A model generated the notes under the pieces. That model was not told where the DNA came from, searched no databases, and was given only the letters and a program-made list of their open reading frames with translations. Source: a bacterium (GTDB lineage: Bacteria; SM23-31). From it: a DNA stretch of 64,000 nucleotides. Each line of letters opens with the position of its first letter. Position 1 is the first letter of the stretch. The stretch spans positions 320,001 to 384,000 of the forward strand of contig OZ252239.1 in NCBI GenBank assembly GCA_965249485.1. The letters run 5' to 3'. Of this stretch, positions 1-10,274 are shown one piece after another. The position numbers and the translations under genes were made by a program.

Positions 1-1
1 C

Positions 2-769
2 CATTATACAGCACAGAATGGCAGCGGCATTTCAGGAAACTTCATCACACAGCTCGCCGAACAGATAACCTCTGATGGGAGTATCATTTGGGCGGCAACC
101 TGGAAAGCAGAGAGTGAAAATGAGTTTTATGCTGTTAGCCGGACAACAAATAACGGCTTGACCTGGGAAACAATGCTTGAAGGGGAATTCACTCATAATT
201 TCGGTTTTGATGGAGATGCGGTTTATGTTGTGTCCGATAATGGTCTTTTCAAATCACCCGACCGAGGTAAAACGTGGGGATTTTTTCCTTCGATATCCAG
301 TACTGCAGGTGAACGGATTTTGACAACAGAATATTTCGATGTCAAATCTAACAACGGAGTAATCTGGGTCGGCACGAATGACGGACTGGGTACTTCGATC
401 GATAACGGACAGAGCTGGGACGTTTTCAGGGCATTTCCAATACCCGGTTCCGATGGTGAATCGGATGTCTATGCATACCCAAATCCTTTTTCTCCCCTGC
501 GGCACAATAGAATCGGTGATGACGGGTATGTCCGAATTCAATACCGGACTCTCAACGATACAGAAGTGTTTCTCGATGTTTTTGATTTCGGAATGAATCC
601 TGTAAAAAGTGTTGTGTCAAATAAAGCGCGGCCCCTTCCGGGTACATATACTGAGCTCTGGGACGGAACCAATACCTGGGGTGTGATAGTTGCGAATGGT
701 GTCTATTTTTACCGATTGAAAGCGCGCGGACAAGCAACATTCTGGGGTAAAATTATAGTAATGAACTGA
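2..769 (+). CDS. Secreted beta-propeller/BNR-repeat protein with C-terminal FlgD-Ig (T9SS-type) sorting domain, 5'-partial
   Basis: The frame is open from base 2 (HYTAQNGSGISGNFITQL...). It has SxDxGxTW repeats (RTTNNGLTW, SPDRGKTW, SIDNGQSW). The C-terminus has YAYPNPF...WDGTN..G..VANGVYFYRL..KIIVMN. Confidence 0.75.
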   Translation, partial: HYTAQNGSGISGNFITQLAEQITSDGSIIWAATWKAESENEFYAVSRTTNNGLTWETMLEGEFTHNFGFDGDAVYVVSDNGLFKSPDRGKTWGFFPSISSTAGERILTTEYFDVKSNNGVIWVGTNDGLGTSIDNGQSWDVFRAFPIPGSDGESDVYAYPNPFSPLRHNRIGDDGYVRIQYRTLNDTEVFLDVFDFGMNPVKSVVSNKARPLPGTYTELWDGTNTWGVIVANGVYFYRLKARGQATFWGKIIVMN

Positions 770-776
770 TACATTA

Positions 777-1940
777 ATGATAAAAAAAATCAAAACATTT
801 TATTCAATTTTATTGTTCGTTTCGGTGGTATTGTCAGCATGCAATAAAGACTCGCTTGTCTTGCCGCCGGGAGAAATTCCTTCTGAAGTCCAATCCGTCT
901 CTGCTCCGGACACTGTCTGGACACAATCGGATTATGAAATTCCTGTAACTGTTACGGTTGAATCGTCAGGTAGTGATCTAATAGAGTTAAGCGGAGTTAT
1001 CCGGTTGGAAGAATCTTCAGATGAGCGAATATTCTTTAATCTCTATAACGATGGAACTCATGGAGATAACATTCCTGGTGACAAGGTCTATTCTTCGGTT
1101 ATTGTGAGTACTGAATTAGAATCATTAAATGGAGATGGAATTGTTGAAATATTGGAATCGGACAATTTGCTTTATTCACAGATGATTTTTTTTGCAGATG
1201 GAATTCTGAATACTCCGCCCGTATTAATTCTGGAGACAGCGCCCGATTCTCTCTCGATTACGTCAGGATCGGTTACGGTTATTACAGTTTCAGTGAACGA
1301 CAACGAGGGAGTCGATGATATTGCAATTATTATGGCAGACCTTTACTCGCCATTATCTCCGGTACCTACCGGATCGATTGATTTTCACGATGATGGTTCC
1401 GGAAACGATCTTGTCGGCGGGGACGGTGTTTTCACAGCCGATCTGTCTTCCGGCATTGGTGAGACAGCAGGACCAGGTGAATATACTTTACTGCTCAGTG
1501 CCGTTGACCGTGCCGGCAATAGAAGTAATGAGGTAATTCATCCAATAGTATTTACTACTGAAGCGGACAATTTGCCACCAGTGGTTAATAGTGTTGAAGC
1601 ACCCGACAGTATCGAAGCAGTGAACCGTCTCGCTGTGCTTCAAGCGACTGTAGATGATCCAAACGGTCTGCACAACATTGAGCATGTCATTTTCTTTTCA
1701 ATAAAACCCGATAAAACAGTTGCAAACAGTGGAAATCCGTTTTTCCTTTTTGATGACGGGAGCACCATATTCCATGGCGGCGTCCTCTCAGGTGATGCAG
1801 AAGAAGGCGACGGGATTTATACAATAACAATCATTGTACCGCCCGGGACAGTGAAGGGCGGATATATTTTCAAATTCCGTGCGGTTGATAAGAGCGGGCT
1901 TGAGAGCGAGTTTTTCGAGTGGCCAGTAGTTGTATTTTAA
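777..1940 (+). CDS. Lipoprotein with three choice-of-anchor-X-like (DDG..GD..GDG.Y) Ig-like repeats
   Basis: Lipobox LSAC. Three motifs: LYNDGTHGDNIPGDKVYS, FHDDGSGNDLVGGDGVFT and LFDDGS..GDAEEGDGIYT. Confidence 0.7.
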   Translation: MIKKIKTFYSILLFVSVVLSACNKDSLVLPPGEIPSEVQSVSAPDTVWTQSDYEIPVTVTVESSGSDLIELSGVIRLEESSDERIFFNLYNDGTHGDNIPGDKVYSSVIVSTELESLNGDGIVEILESDNLLYSQMIFFADGILNTPPVLILETAPDSLSITSGSVTVITVSVNDNEGVDDIAIIMADLYSPLSPVPTGSIDFHDDGSGNDLVGGDGVFTADLSSGIGETAGPGEYTLLLSAVDRAGNRSNEVIHPIVFTTEADNLPPVVNSVEAPDSIEAVNRLAVLQATVDDPNGLHNIEHVIFFSIKPDKTVANSGNPFFLFDDGSTIFHGGVLSGDAEEGDGIYTITIIVPPGTVKGGYIFKFRAVDKSGLESEFFEWPVVVF

Positions 1941-1954
1941 AAAAATATAATTTT

Positions 1955-2008
1955 GAGATTTTTTACACTTCGTCCCAGTCATTCTCTGGAACATTGGTCG
2001 AAATGATA
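1955..2008 (-). repeat. Degenerate REP-like repeat (TGTCATTTCGACC...AAATCT family), copy 1
   Basis: GAGATTTT...GGTCGAAATGATA on the plus strand. Confidence 0.6.
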
Positions 2009-2077
2009 AAATTTATTTCATGAATTCTTTTGTAGAATTGTTCTTGATCAAATTGTCCTAATTATTAAAGAATAAAT

Positions 2078-3016
2078 ATGATTCCACGATCAATTAAAAC
2101 AACATTCAGTATAGCAATTATATTGTTGAGTTTTTTTCCTGAAAACACCCTCAATGCTCAGGATCGTGGCGGATATACGGGCAGCTTTTTACGATTGGGT
2201 CTCGGAGCTCGTGCGCGTGCATTAGGTGGAGCATTTACTGCTATTCAGGGTGATGGCTATAGTGTCTATTACAATCCTGCAGGACTTCCCGATCTTCCGG
2301 GCAAAGAGGTAACACTTTCGTATAGAAATCTATCGCTTGATCGGACATTTATCTATACCGGTGTCGCTTCGAAAATTCCACCAACGGGGGGCATTGCGCT
2401 CGGCTGGCTCCACGCCGGTATCAACAATATCGATGGCAGAGACAGTAACGGAAACCGCACGCAGACATTTTCCGACAGCCAGAACGGATTTTTATTTGCT
2501 TTCGGAGTAAATGTTGCAGAAGGACTCAATATCGGTATGGGTGGTACTATTCTCCGGCAAAATGTGGTCGATATAACCGCAACCGGATTTGGACTTAATT
2601 TCGGGATTCTGTACAAGCCGCTCTCTTTTGTATCAATCGGCGCTGCTATCCGGGATATTAATGCGAAATTATCATGGAATTCGGAACCGTTATTCGACCG
2701 CGGGAGTACAACTTCAGATGCTTTTCCACAAGTATATACTGCCGGTGCAGGGATCGATATCAAACGGTACAACACATTGGTTTTGTTCGACATTTACAAA
2801 AATTCCAAAAGCGATCCCGGATTCCGATTTGGAATTGAGAGTAAGGCTCATGACACGCTTATGCTTAGGGCTGGTATGAATGACGGAGATTTAACCGCTG
2901 GATTCGGACTGAAAATACCTCTGATGCAAAGCGAAGGCTTCTTGAATTATGCATTTGAGATGAACGACCGTGACCCCGAATCACCGCAAATCATATCATT
3001 CAGTGTAGTGTTTTAA
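2078..3016 (+). CDS. PorV/PorQ-family (FadL-like) outer-membrane beta-barrel
   Basis: Signal peptide, FLRLGLGARARALGGAF and YYNPAGL motifs, C-terminal Phe. Confidence 0.8.
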   Translation: MIPRSIKTTFSIAIILLSFFPENTLNAQDRGGYTGSFLRLGLGARARALGGAFTAIQGDGYSVYYNPAGLPDLPGKEVTLSYRNLSLDRTFIYTGVASKIPPTGGIALGWLHAGINNIDGRDSNGNRTQTFSDSQNGFLFAFGVNVAEGLNIGMGGTILRQNVVDITATGFGLNFGILYKPLSFVSIGAAIRDINAKLSWNSEPLFDRGSTTSDAFPQVYTAGAGIDIKRYNTLVLFDIYKNSKSDPGFRFGIESKAHDTLMLRAGMNDGDLTAGFGLKIPLMQSEGFLNYAFEMNDRDPESPQIISFSVVF

Positions 3017-3067
3017 TACAATAATTGATAAATAGAACAGTTGACAGAAGAAGAAAGAAGACACAAA

Positions 3068-4015
3068 ATGGATTATCTTATTCAGAGAATAAATCGTACA
3101 CCTTTCTTGTTTATACTTATTATCTTGAGCAGTTTCTTGTTGAGCAGTCCAAAGGACATGCATGCAGGAGAAGGACCTCCGGGTTTATCATTTCTACGAT
3201 TAGAGATGGATGCTAGAGGGAGCGCTCTTGCGGGAGCAATGACCGCAAGCGGTACAGGAATTAATTCACTTCAATGGAACCCGGCTGGATTAGCCGGTAC
3301 CAGTGAACAGGAAGTTCTGTTTTCACATTTACAGGGATTTGCGGACACTAACAGCGAGTTTATAGCACTCCTTCTCAGAAAAGGGAGCAAACACACAATT
3401 GCGGTGAGCGTATTCTCAAATAATATCGACGGTATTGAGCAACGATCCGGTCCGACAGTAACACCAAACGGTACCATAACAGCACACGATTTCTATACCG
3501 GACTAACGTATGCGTATACCTACAGTGAAAAACTGCATATCGGTGCATCGGCGAAATATCTATTTCAGAAGCTCTTCTTCGATTCCGCTACCGGATTTGC
3601 AGGAGATATTGGCGTTAGGTATATTATGCCTGATAACCATCTGAATTTCGGAATCGCTCTGAAAAATGCGGGGAGCATGGATGCGTTCATACAGGAAAAA
3701 CCGACTATGCCAACGCTGCTCCGTGGTGGCGCCGCATATACAATTCCCCGGATCTCGCACTATAATATATCTCTGACGGTTTCATCGGAATATGAGATAG
3801 TGTTCGACGGCGACAACTTCAGTCGCTTCGGAATTGAATACCGTTACAACGACAGATACAGTTTGCGTACAGGATACCTTACCGGTTTTGAGGAGCGTAG
3901 TTGGACGATCGGTGCCGGAATCGCCGTCCGGCGATTCGGATTCGATTATGCGTATATTCCTGACGTTACTTCATTCGGAAATCAGCACATTTATTCACTG
4001 CAGTTAAAAATATAA
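3068..4015 (+). CDS. PorV/PorQ-family outer-membrane beta-barrel, second paralog (start 3041 or 3068)
   Basis: FLRLEMDARGSALAGA and WNPAGL motifs, FDYAY..FGNQH..SL C-terminus. Confidence 0.8.
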   Translation: MDYLIQRINRTPFLFILIILSSFLLSSPKDMHAGEGPPGLSFLRLEMDARGSALAGAMTASGTGINSLQWNPAGLAGTSEQEVLFSHLQGFADTNSEFIALLLRKGSKHTIAVSVFSNNIDGIEQRSGPTVTPNGTITAHDFYTGLTYAYTYSEKLHIGASAKYLFQKLFFDSATGFAGDIGVRYIMPDNHLNFGIALKNAGSMDAFIQEKPTMPTLLRGGAAYTIPRISHYNISLTVSSEYEIVFDGDNFSRFGIEYRYNDRYSLRTGYLTGFEERSWTIGAGIAVRRFGFDYAYIPDVTSFGNQHIYSLQLKI

Positions 4016-4041
4016 CAGTTCGGAAAGTTCTGCACAAATGA

Positions 4042-4071
4042 AAAACGGAACCCTCAGGTGAGTTCCGTTTT
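4042..4071. terminator. Bidirectional intrinsic terminator
   Basis: AAAACGGAAC...GTTCCGTTTT inverted repeat between convergent genes. Confidence 0.7.
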
Positions 4072-4093
4072 ATAAAATTGTATGGTGGAAAGA

Positions 4094-4243
4094 TTACTTT
4101 GAGGAAAGTATTTTATACATTCCTGTGCCACATACGGAACAGACACCCTTCATTGCAGGACGACCGTTTTTCATAGAAACCTGCTTAGCGTCTTTCATGT
4201 CTCGTTTGCTTTTACACTTTACACAATATCCAGATTCTGCCAA
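4094..4243 (-). CDS. 49-aa basic zinc-ribbon protein (DUF5679-like), absent from the ORF track
   Basis: AGGAGGTGA RBS and TTG start. Translation MAESGYCVKCKSKRDMKDAKQVSMKNGRPAMKGVCSVCGTGMYKILSSK has two CxxC pairs and is followed by a terminator. Confidence 0.85.
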   Translation of the reverse strand: MAESGYCVKCKSKRDMKDAKQVSMKNGRPAMKGVCSVCGTGMYKILSSK

Positions 4244-4344
4244 AACACTCACCTCCTCTATTTATTAAAGCATTATGATATGGTTGATTTAAGCTCAAAC
4301 AGTGTACAAATTAAAAAATCAAATGTCAATAAAAAAAATATTTC

Positions 4345-5109
4345 CTACCCATTATTCATTAAATCATTTGAAGTGAAATATCCTTTTTCAGGAAACATAC
4401 TCAGCATAGAGAGAAATATTTTCGCGCAGGTTGCTGCGTCACTTCCGGCGCGATGCGGATGTATATTAATGACTCCAAAATGGCGCGCGAGTTTTTTGAG
4501 ACTGTGCTTATTCAGTTCGGGGAGTATGCGACGGCCGAGTTTACATGTGCAAAGAACACCGTTCCGCATAGGAAAATGTCCCCATTCTTTAAGTGCCGAA
4601 TTGATAAACCCGACGTCAAAGGAGGCATTGTGAGCAATAAGAGTGCTGTCTTCAATAAAATCAAGAAATTTTGGCAATACCTCTTGCATTGTAGGAGAGT
4701 TTTCGACCATTTCTAAAACGATGCAGGTAAGACGGCTCACATCGTAGGGAATATATCGTCCTGGATTGACAAGTGTTTCGAAGGTATCGATAATGCTTCC
4801 ATTTCTGATTTTTATAGCACCCAGTTCGGTAATTTTATCCTTTTTTGTATGTATACCGGTAGTTTCCAGATCAAATGCTACGTATGTAGCTTGAAACAGG
4901 TCTTTAAATTGTACGCCTTCCCGGGATAGAACTAGTTTATTTTCTTTTGTGACATCAAATCGTTTATCAGTAGAAATAGCGGAACGGAGCAATTTCTGCA
5001 CATAATCTTCCGAGCCGGAACTCACCTTGAATATATCGGAAGCAACAGAATCGAGTGCGATTCCATCTGTGTAAGTCGAGACTGTCTGAAAAAGTCGATT
5101 TTCGAGCAT
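4345..5109 (-). CDS. DEDDh 3'-5' exonuclease (DnaQ/PolC-exonuclease-like) with N-terminal extension
   Basis: FDLETTG, AHNASFD and HRAGSDA motifs. Confidence 0.9.
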   Translation of the reverse strand: MLENRLFQTVSTYTDGIALDSVASDIFKVSSGSEDYVQKLLRSAISTDKRFDVTKENKLVLSREGVQFKDLFQATYVAFDLETTGIHTKKDKITELGAIKIRNGSIIDTFETLVNPGRYIPYDVSRLTCIVLEMVENSPTMQEVLPKFLDFIEDSTLIAHNASFDVGFINSALKEWGHFPMRNGVLCTCKLGRRILPELNKHSLKKLARHFGVINIHPHRAGSDAATCAKIFLSMLSMFPEKGYFTSNDLMNNG

Positions 5110-5225
5110 TATTATTTGCTGTGTTTTTTTCTATGTATTACAGTCTGTATAAGTACAAAAGAGAGGTTGCCATTTTGCTTCACACCTCACTAATAATGAT
5201 AGTAAGATTCTATAAACGCACAATA

Positions 5226-5285
5226 TGTCATTTCGACCGATATCTTGATTTGAAATCGTATCGAGAAAGAGTGGCAAAATCTCTA
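5226..5285 (+). repeat. REP-like repeat, copy 2
   Basis: TGTCATTTCGACCG...AAATCTCTA. Confidence 0.7.
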
Positions 5286-5350
5286 CCTTATCTATTCGAT
5301 AACGTTTAAACACGTGTATAAAAATTATACAAAGTAATAAATGTTTTCTG

Positions 5351-6169
5351 CTACCACGAATTTCTCGGTATTTGAATAATTGCTTCCGACAACTCCTGAT
5401 GAATCGCTCCGTTTGTTGCAAGCAGATCAAATGAATCGATTGAGTAAGAATCACCAGAAAAGGTGGAAAGCGTTCCTCCAGCCTCTTCGATCAGGAGAAT
5501 ACCGGCTGCAACATCCCATGGATGGAGTTTCAACTCCCAGAATCCGTCAAATCTGCCTGCTGCCACATAGGCGAGATCAAGAGCTGCAGAACCGTCCCGA
5601 CGCACAGCCTGTGCTTTCATGATAAGATGATTAAAAAGGCCAACATTGTTAATACCGCCTTCGCGGATGTCATAAGGAAATCCGGTTACAAGAAGAGATC
5701 TGTCAAGTATTTGTGTTTTCGAAACAGATATTCGTTCCCGGTTTCGGAAAGCCCCTTTCCCCTTCACGGCGGTAAAGAGTTCGCTCGTGCATGGATCAAA
5801 TACAACACCGACCCTAATTGTGCCCTCTATCATCAGTCCAATAGAAACACAAAAACAGGGATATCCATGAGCAAAATTTGTAGTCCCATCCAACGGATCG
5901 ATTATCCAAAGATACTGTTTGTTATAGTCTGGTTGATCGTCAGATTCTTCTGCAAGAAAATCGTGATTTGGAAATGCTGATGTAAGTATTTCGAGAATAC
6001 ACTCCTGCGACTCTTTGTCCGCCTCGGTAACGAGATCTATTGTTCCTTTAAATTCTACAGTAATCGTCTTTGATAGTTTAGTCAGAAGGAGTGTTCCGGC
6101 TATTTGTGCGGCTTCAACTGCTTTTTCGAGATATGTGTCGAGGTCAATATTCGAGATGTGGTGATTCAA
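5351..6169 (-). CDS. suhB: Inositol monophosphatase family protein
   Basis: DLVTEAD, WIIDPLDGTTNF, GSAALDL and WDVAAG motifs. Confidence 0.9.
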   Translation of the reverse strand: MNHHISNIDLDTYLEKAVEAAQIAGTLLLTKLSKTITVEFKGTIDLVTEADKESQECILEILTSAFPNHDFLAEESDDQPDYNKQYLWIIDPLDGTTNFAHGYPCFCVSIGLMIEGTIRVGVVFDPCTSELFTAVKGKGAFRNRERISVSKTQILDRSLLVTGFPYDIREGGINNVGLFNHLIMKAQAVRRDGSAALDLAYVAAGRFDGFWELKLHPWDVAAGILLIEEAGGTLSTFSGDSYSIDSFDLLATNGAIHQELSEAIIQIPRNSW

Positions 6170-6187
6170 AAGTCTTTTACCTTGCTG

Positions 6188-6775
6188 TTAGTCCTGAAAG
6201 AGCTCCCGCTCGATAATATCGCAAATTATGTGACCTACGGTTATATGTCCTTCCTGAATGCGACCGGTGTCATTGTGAGGAATGATAATAGCTATATTTC
6301 CTAAATTTGCCATAGCACCACCATCGCCTCCGCTGAAGCAGATCCTCTTCATGTTAAGCTGTTCTGCTATTTTGAGAGCCTGTACGACATTTTCTGAATT
6401 TCCGGACGTTGAAATACCGATCAGAAGATCACCCGGCTTGCCAAATGCTTCTACCTGGCGCGAAAAGATCGAATCGAAACCGTAATCATTTGCGCATGCC
6501 GTCAGCGTCGAAGAATTTACAGTAAGCGCTAAGGCAGGCAGTGCTTTTCTATTCACCCGGGATGAGAGACGCACTACCAGTTCGGTTGCAATATGTTGTG
6601 CATCGGCAGCACTCCCACCATTACCGCAGAGAAGTAGTTTACCACCACTGTGTAATGTTTCTGCACAGATGAGACCGGCCTCCTCGATTTCATCGAAGCA
6701 CTGTTCCGCAGTTTTCTCTTTGACTTCGGCGCTTGTCTTAAGATAGATTTGAATAAGCTCTTTATATTTTGTCAT
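6188..6775 (-). CDS. gmhA: D-sedoheptulose-7-phosphate isomerase
   Basis: CGNGGSAADAQH, ANDYG, STSGNS and IQEGH motifs. Confidence 0.95.
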   Translation of the reverse strand: MTKYKELIQIYLKTSAEVKEKTAEQCFDEIEEAGLICAETLHSGGKLLLCGNGGSAADAQHIATELVVRLSSRVNRKALPALALTVNSSTLTACANDYGFDSIFSRQVEAFGKPGDLLIGISTSGNSENVVQALKIAEQLNMKRICFSGGDGGAMANLGNIAIIIPHNDTGRIQEGHITVGHIICDIIERELFQD

Positions 6776-6790
6776 ATAATTCTCTCTGGG

Positions 6791-7546
6791 TCAACTCGTG
6801 CATTCTTTGTGGTGTATTGCATCCGAAAACTGCCGGATTCGGCCTTCATCCCAATTATTTTCAAGAGCATTTCCAATAACGATAATATCCGCACCTGCCT
6901 CTACTTTTTCTTGTGCAACACTGGGTTCGGTTATCCCACCACCCACTATTATCGGAAGGCCGCAGTTGTTTTTGACAGAGTGAATCATCTCATTCGGGAC
7001 TGTGCTTGATGCGCCCGAACCAGCTTCGAGATAGACCATTTTCATACCTAAATATTGTGCAGCAAGCGCATGAGCAACTGCAATATCTGGTTTGTTACGC
7101 GGTATCGGACGGGTATCGCTTATATATTCTGTAGTAGATATACTACCCGATTCTATTAGCATGTATCCCGTTCCAATTGGTTCAATATTGTTCTCTTTGA
7201 TCACGGGAGCTGCTACAACGTGATCACCAAAGAGAAAATTTGAATTGCGACCGCTTATCAGCGAAATAAATAGAATAGCATCAGCATAGTGAGAGACCTG
7301 TTTCGGGCTTCCCGGAAACAACACAACCGGGAGGTCGGTATTAGACTTAACCAGTTTGACCGTATCTTCAAATATATCATTGAGAAGAAGACTCGCTCCA
7401 ACTAACAGAAAATCAACCTGCAGTTCTTTACTGTTCCGGACAAACAGACGGAGTTTCTCAGAATCGGCCTTGTCGGGATCAATTAACACAGCAAGCAGTG
7501 CTCCCCGTCGAACAATCGACTCAATGAGATTTCTATAAACGGTCAT
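6791..7546 (-). CDS. Geranylgeranylglyceryl-phosphate synthase, group II type
   Basis: LIDPDK, SLISGRN, YLEAGSGA and VGGGI motifs. Confidence 0.9.
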   Translation of the reverse strand: MTVYRNLIESIVRRGALLAVLIDPDKADSEKLRLFVRNSKELQVDFLLVGASLLLNDIFEDTVKLVKSNTDLPVVLFPGSPKQVSHYADAILFISLISGRNSNFLFGDHVVAAPVIKENNIEPIGTGYMLIESGSISTTEYISDTRPIPRNKPDIAVAHALAAQYLGMKMVYLEAGSGASSTVPNEMIHSVKNNCGLPIIVGGGITEPSVAQEKVEAGADIIVIGNALENNWDEGRIRQFSDAIHHKECTS

Positions 7547-7619
7547 GTATATTTCCGTTATTATACATTCAGGTCAAAAAACGTTCAATAAAAAAATGCT
7601 GTGATGCAAAATAGCTCTA

Positions 7620-10274
7620 TTAATTTTTCTTACCATTTCCACTATACAAATTGTCGATGACATCGCGAAACACCTTGAACGCCTGCTTGTGCTTATCTGC
7701 ACCCTTTATTCCAGCGGTAGCCATATGGGGTCTGCCGCCTCCGCCTCCCCCGATCGATTTCGCAAGGTCTTTTATAATCGCACCGGCATTCCACTTATTT
7801 TTCTTAATCAGCTCATCGCCGACAACACATACAAGAAGTGATTTATCATGAGTTTGTGTGCTGATAAGAGCAGCGCCTTGCGGCATTCTCCCCCGGATAT
7901 TATCGCCGAGCTTTTGCAGTTCTTCCATCGAATCAACAGAGAAATGGTAAGTTAATAGCGGCGGATCGCCGGATTGTTCAGCTTCAGCAATGAGTTTTTT
8001 GAGGACTGACTGCTCACGGTCAATCCGGAATTCTCTGATAGCTTTTTCCTGCTCGGTATTTCGCTTAATGGTTTGCTCTAACTTTTCTATGATATCGCCG
8101 TCTTGCGCATTTAACAGTTCTTTGACATGAACAATCATATTCCGTTCACGACGCATTCGCTCATACGTATAATTGCCAGTCTCCGCAACAATTCTCCGCA
8201 CACCCGATGCAGCAGCACTTTCCGAAATTATCCGGAATTCGCCGATGTTTCCTGTCGTGTCTATATGAATGCCCCCACACAACTCAATACTGACACCCTC
8301 CACGGTAATTGTTCTGACGCGGTCACCGTATTTCTCACCAAACAGAGCCATGGCACCGCGGCTTACCGCATCGTCGTAAGGCACATTTTCTTCGGCAATC
8401 ACCGGACGATTACTATGGATCGTTGCATTGACTCTTTGCTCAACGTCCTGCAATTCGTCCACCGTCATTTTATGAAAGTAGTTAAAATCAAACCTGAGAT
8501 GAGTTGGGTCTACAAGTGATCCCGCCTGTTTCACATGAGTGCCGAGCACTTCTCTGAGCGCTTTATGAAGCAGATGTGTTGCCGTATGGTTTCTTCGAAT
8601 ATCGAGCCTTCTGACCGTATCAACCGACGCTTCGACTTTATCGTTTACTTTGATAGTTCCCTTATCAACTATTCCATAGTGAAAAATCGTTGTATTATTG
8701 ACTTTCTGCGTATCATAAATTGTAACTACTGTTTTCCCGTCTGCTTTTTTCAAAGTACCGGTATCACCAACCTGGCCTCCCGACTCAGGATAAAATGGTG
8801 TCTCACCTTTTAACTGAATTTCCACCTTGCTGCCGACTGCCGACTCGGAAATATTTTCTCCGTCCTCATCGTAAATTCTCGCTATCTCGGTCGACAATGA
8901 TTCTTTCATATATGAAAAATGGGTCTGAATAGTAGATTTGCCGAGTTTATCGAGATCTACAAGAGACTTTTTGCTGAAAGACCGTTTCTTCTGGGCTGCC
9001 ATTTCACGATTAAATTCCGGAAGGTCGATGTTGATATGCTGCTCACGTGCCATGAGTTCAGTCAAGTCGAGCGGAAAACCATAGGTGTCGTACAGCTTAA
9101 AGGCATCTTTTCCAGTGATTCTCTGTGAACCGCTTTCCACTGCAGTTTTTGCTAATTTATTAAAAATATCTATGCCCCTGTCGAGAGTTTTACCGAATCC
9201 TTCTTCTTCGGCTTCAATGACCTGAATAGTATACGATGCATGGTCTTTTAACTCTGGATACACCGATCCCATCGTATCGACAAGCGGCTCGACTAGTTTA
9301 TACATAAACGGTTCATGAACATTAAGTTCTCTGCTGTATCGGGCAGCCCGTCTCAGAATCCTCCTAAGAACATAGCCGCGTCCGTCATTTGTGGGGAGGG
9401 CACCATCTGAAATCGCAAAAGAGAGGGCACGGATATGGTCACAGATTACCCGGTATGCAACACCGGTCCCACTCTCTTCTTCATAGGCAATGCCAGTGAT
9501 ACTCCTGATTGCATCTTTTAATGCATCAAAGAGGTCAGTGTCATAGTTTGATCGTTTATTCTGGATCACTGCCGCAATCCGTTCAAAACCCATTCCTGTA
9601 TCGACATGCTTTTCCGGCAGTTCTATGAGGCTGCCGTCGGACTCTCGGTTATACTGTATGAACACTAGATTCCACAATTCCACAAAGCGGCCGCATTCGC
9701 ATCCCATGGCACAGTCCGGGCCACATGAATACTTCTCTCCCAAATCGTAGTGTATTTCTGAACAAGGACCGCACGGTCCGGTTTCGCCCATTTCCCAGAA
9801 ATTGTCTTTTTTTCCGAGTCGGATTACCCTTCCTGAGATCATATCGGTGTTAGCATACCAGAGTTCTTCCGCTTCATCATCCTTTTCATAGATGGAAGCA
9901 TAAAGTCTGGTTTTGTCTAGCTTCCAAGTTTCGGTAAATAGTTCCCATGCCCACTGGATCGCTTCCCGTTTGTAGTAATCACCAAACGACCAGTTGCCAA
10001 GCATTTCAAAAAATGTGTGGTGATAGGTATCGACCCCGACTTCTTCGAGATCGTTATGTTTGCCACTCACGCGAATACATTTTTGAGAATTCGCAATTCG
10101 TTTATATTCACGGCTACCGGTACCAAGAAAAATATCTTTGAACTGATTCATCCCTGCATTCGTAAACAAGATAGTCGGGTCCTCTGCAGGAATGACCGGA
10201 GCACTTGAAACAATCTGATGGTCTTTACTCTTGAAAAAATCCAAAAAACTCTGTCGTACTTCATTAGAAAGCAC
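7620..10274 (-). CDS. alaS: Alanine--tRNA ligase
   Basis: FTNAGMNQFK, HHTFFEMLGNWSFGDY, editing-domain HTATH/ELCGG and C-terminal GGGGG motifs. Confidence 0.99.
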   Translation of the reverse strand: MLSNEVRQSFLDFFKSKDHQIVSSAPVIPAEDPTILFTNAGMNQFKDIFLGTGSREYKRIANSQKCIRVSGKHNDLEEVGVDTYHHTFFEMLGNWSFGDYYKREAIQWAWELFTETWKLDKTRLYASIYEKDDEAEELWYANTDMISGRVIRLGKKDNFWEMGETGPCGPCSEIHYDLGEKYSCGPDCAMGCECGRFVELWNLVFIQYNRESDGSLIELPEKHVDTGMGFERIAAVIQNKRSNYDTDLFDALKDAIRSITGIAYEEESGTGVAYRVICDHIRALSFAISDGALPTNDGRGYVLRRILRRAARYSRELNVHEPFMYKLVEPLVDTMGSVYPELKDHASYTIQVIEAEEEGFGKTLDRGIDIFNKLAKTAVESGSQRITGKDAFKLYDTYGFPLDLTELMAREQHINIDLPEFNREMAAQKKRSFSKKSLVDLDKLGKSTIQTHFSYMKESLSTEIARIYDEDGENISESAVGSKVEIQLKGETPFYPESGGQVGDTGTLKKADGKTVVTIYDTQKVNNTTIFHYGIVDKGTIKVNDKVEASVDTVRRLDIRRNHTATHLLHKALREVLGTHVKQAGSLVDPTHLRFDFNYFHKMTVDELQDVEQRVNATIHSNRPVIAEENVPYDDAVSRGAMALFGEKYGDRVRTITVEGVSIELCGGIHIDTTGNIGEFRIISESAAASGVRRIVAETGNYTYERMRRERNMIVHVKELLNAQDGDIIEKLEQTIKRNTEQEKAIREFRIDREQSVLKKLIAEAEQSGDPPLLTYHFSVDSMEELQKLGDNIRGRMPQGAALISTQTHDKSLLVCVVGDELIKKNKWNAGAIIKDLAKSIGGGGGGRPHMATAGIKGADKHKQAFKVFRDVIDNLYSGNGKKN

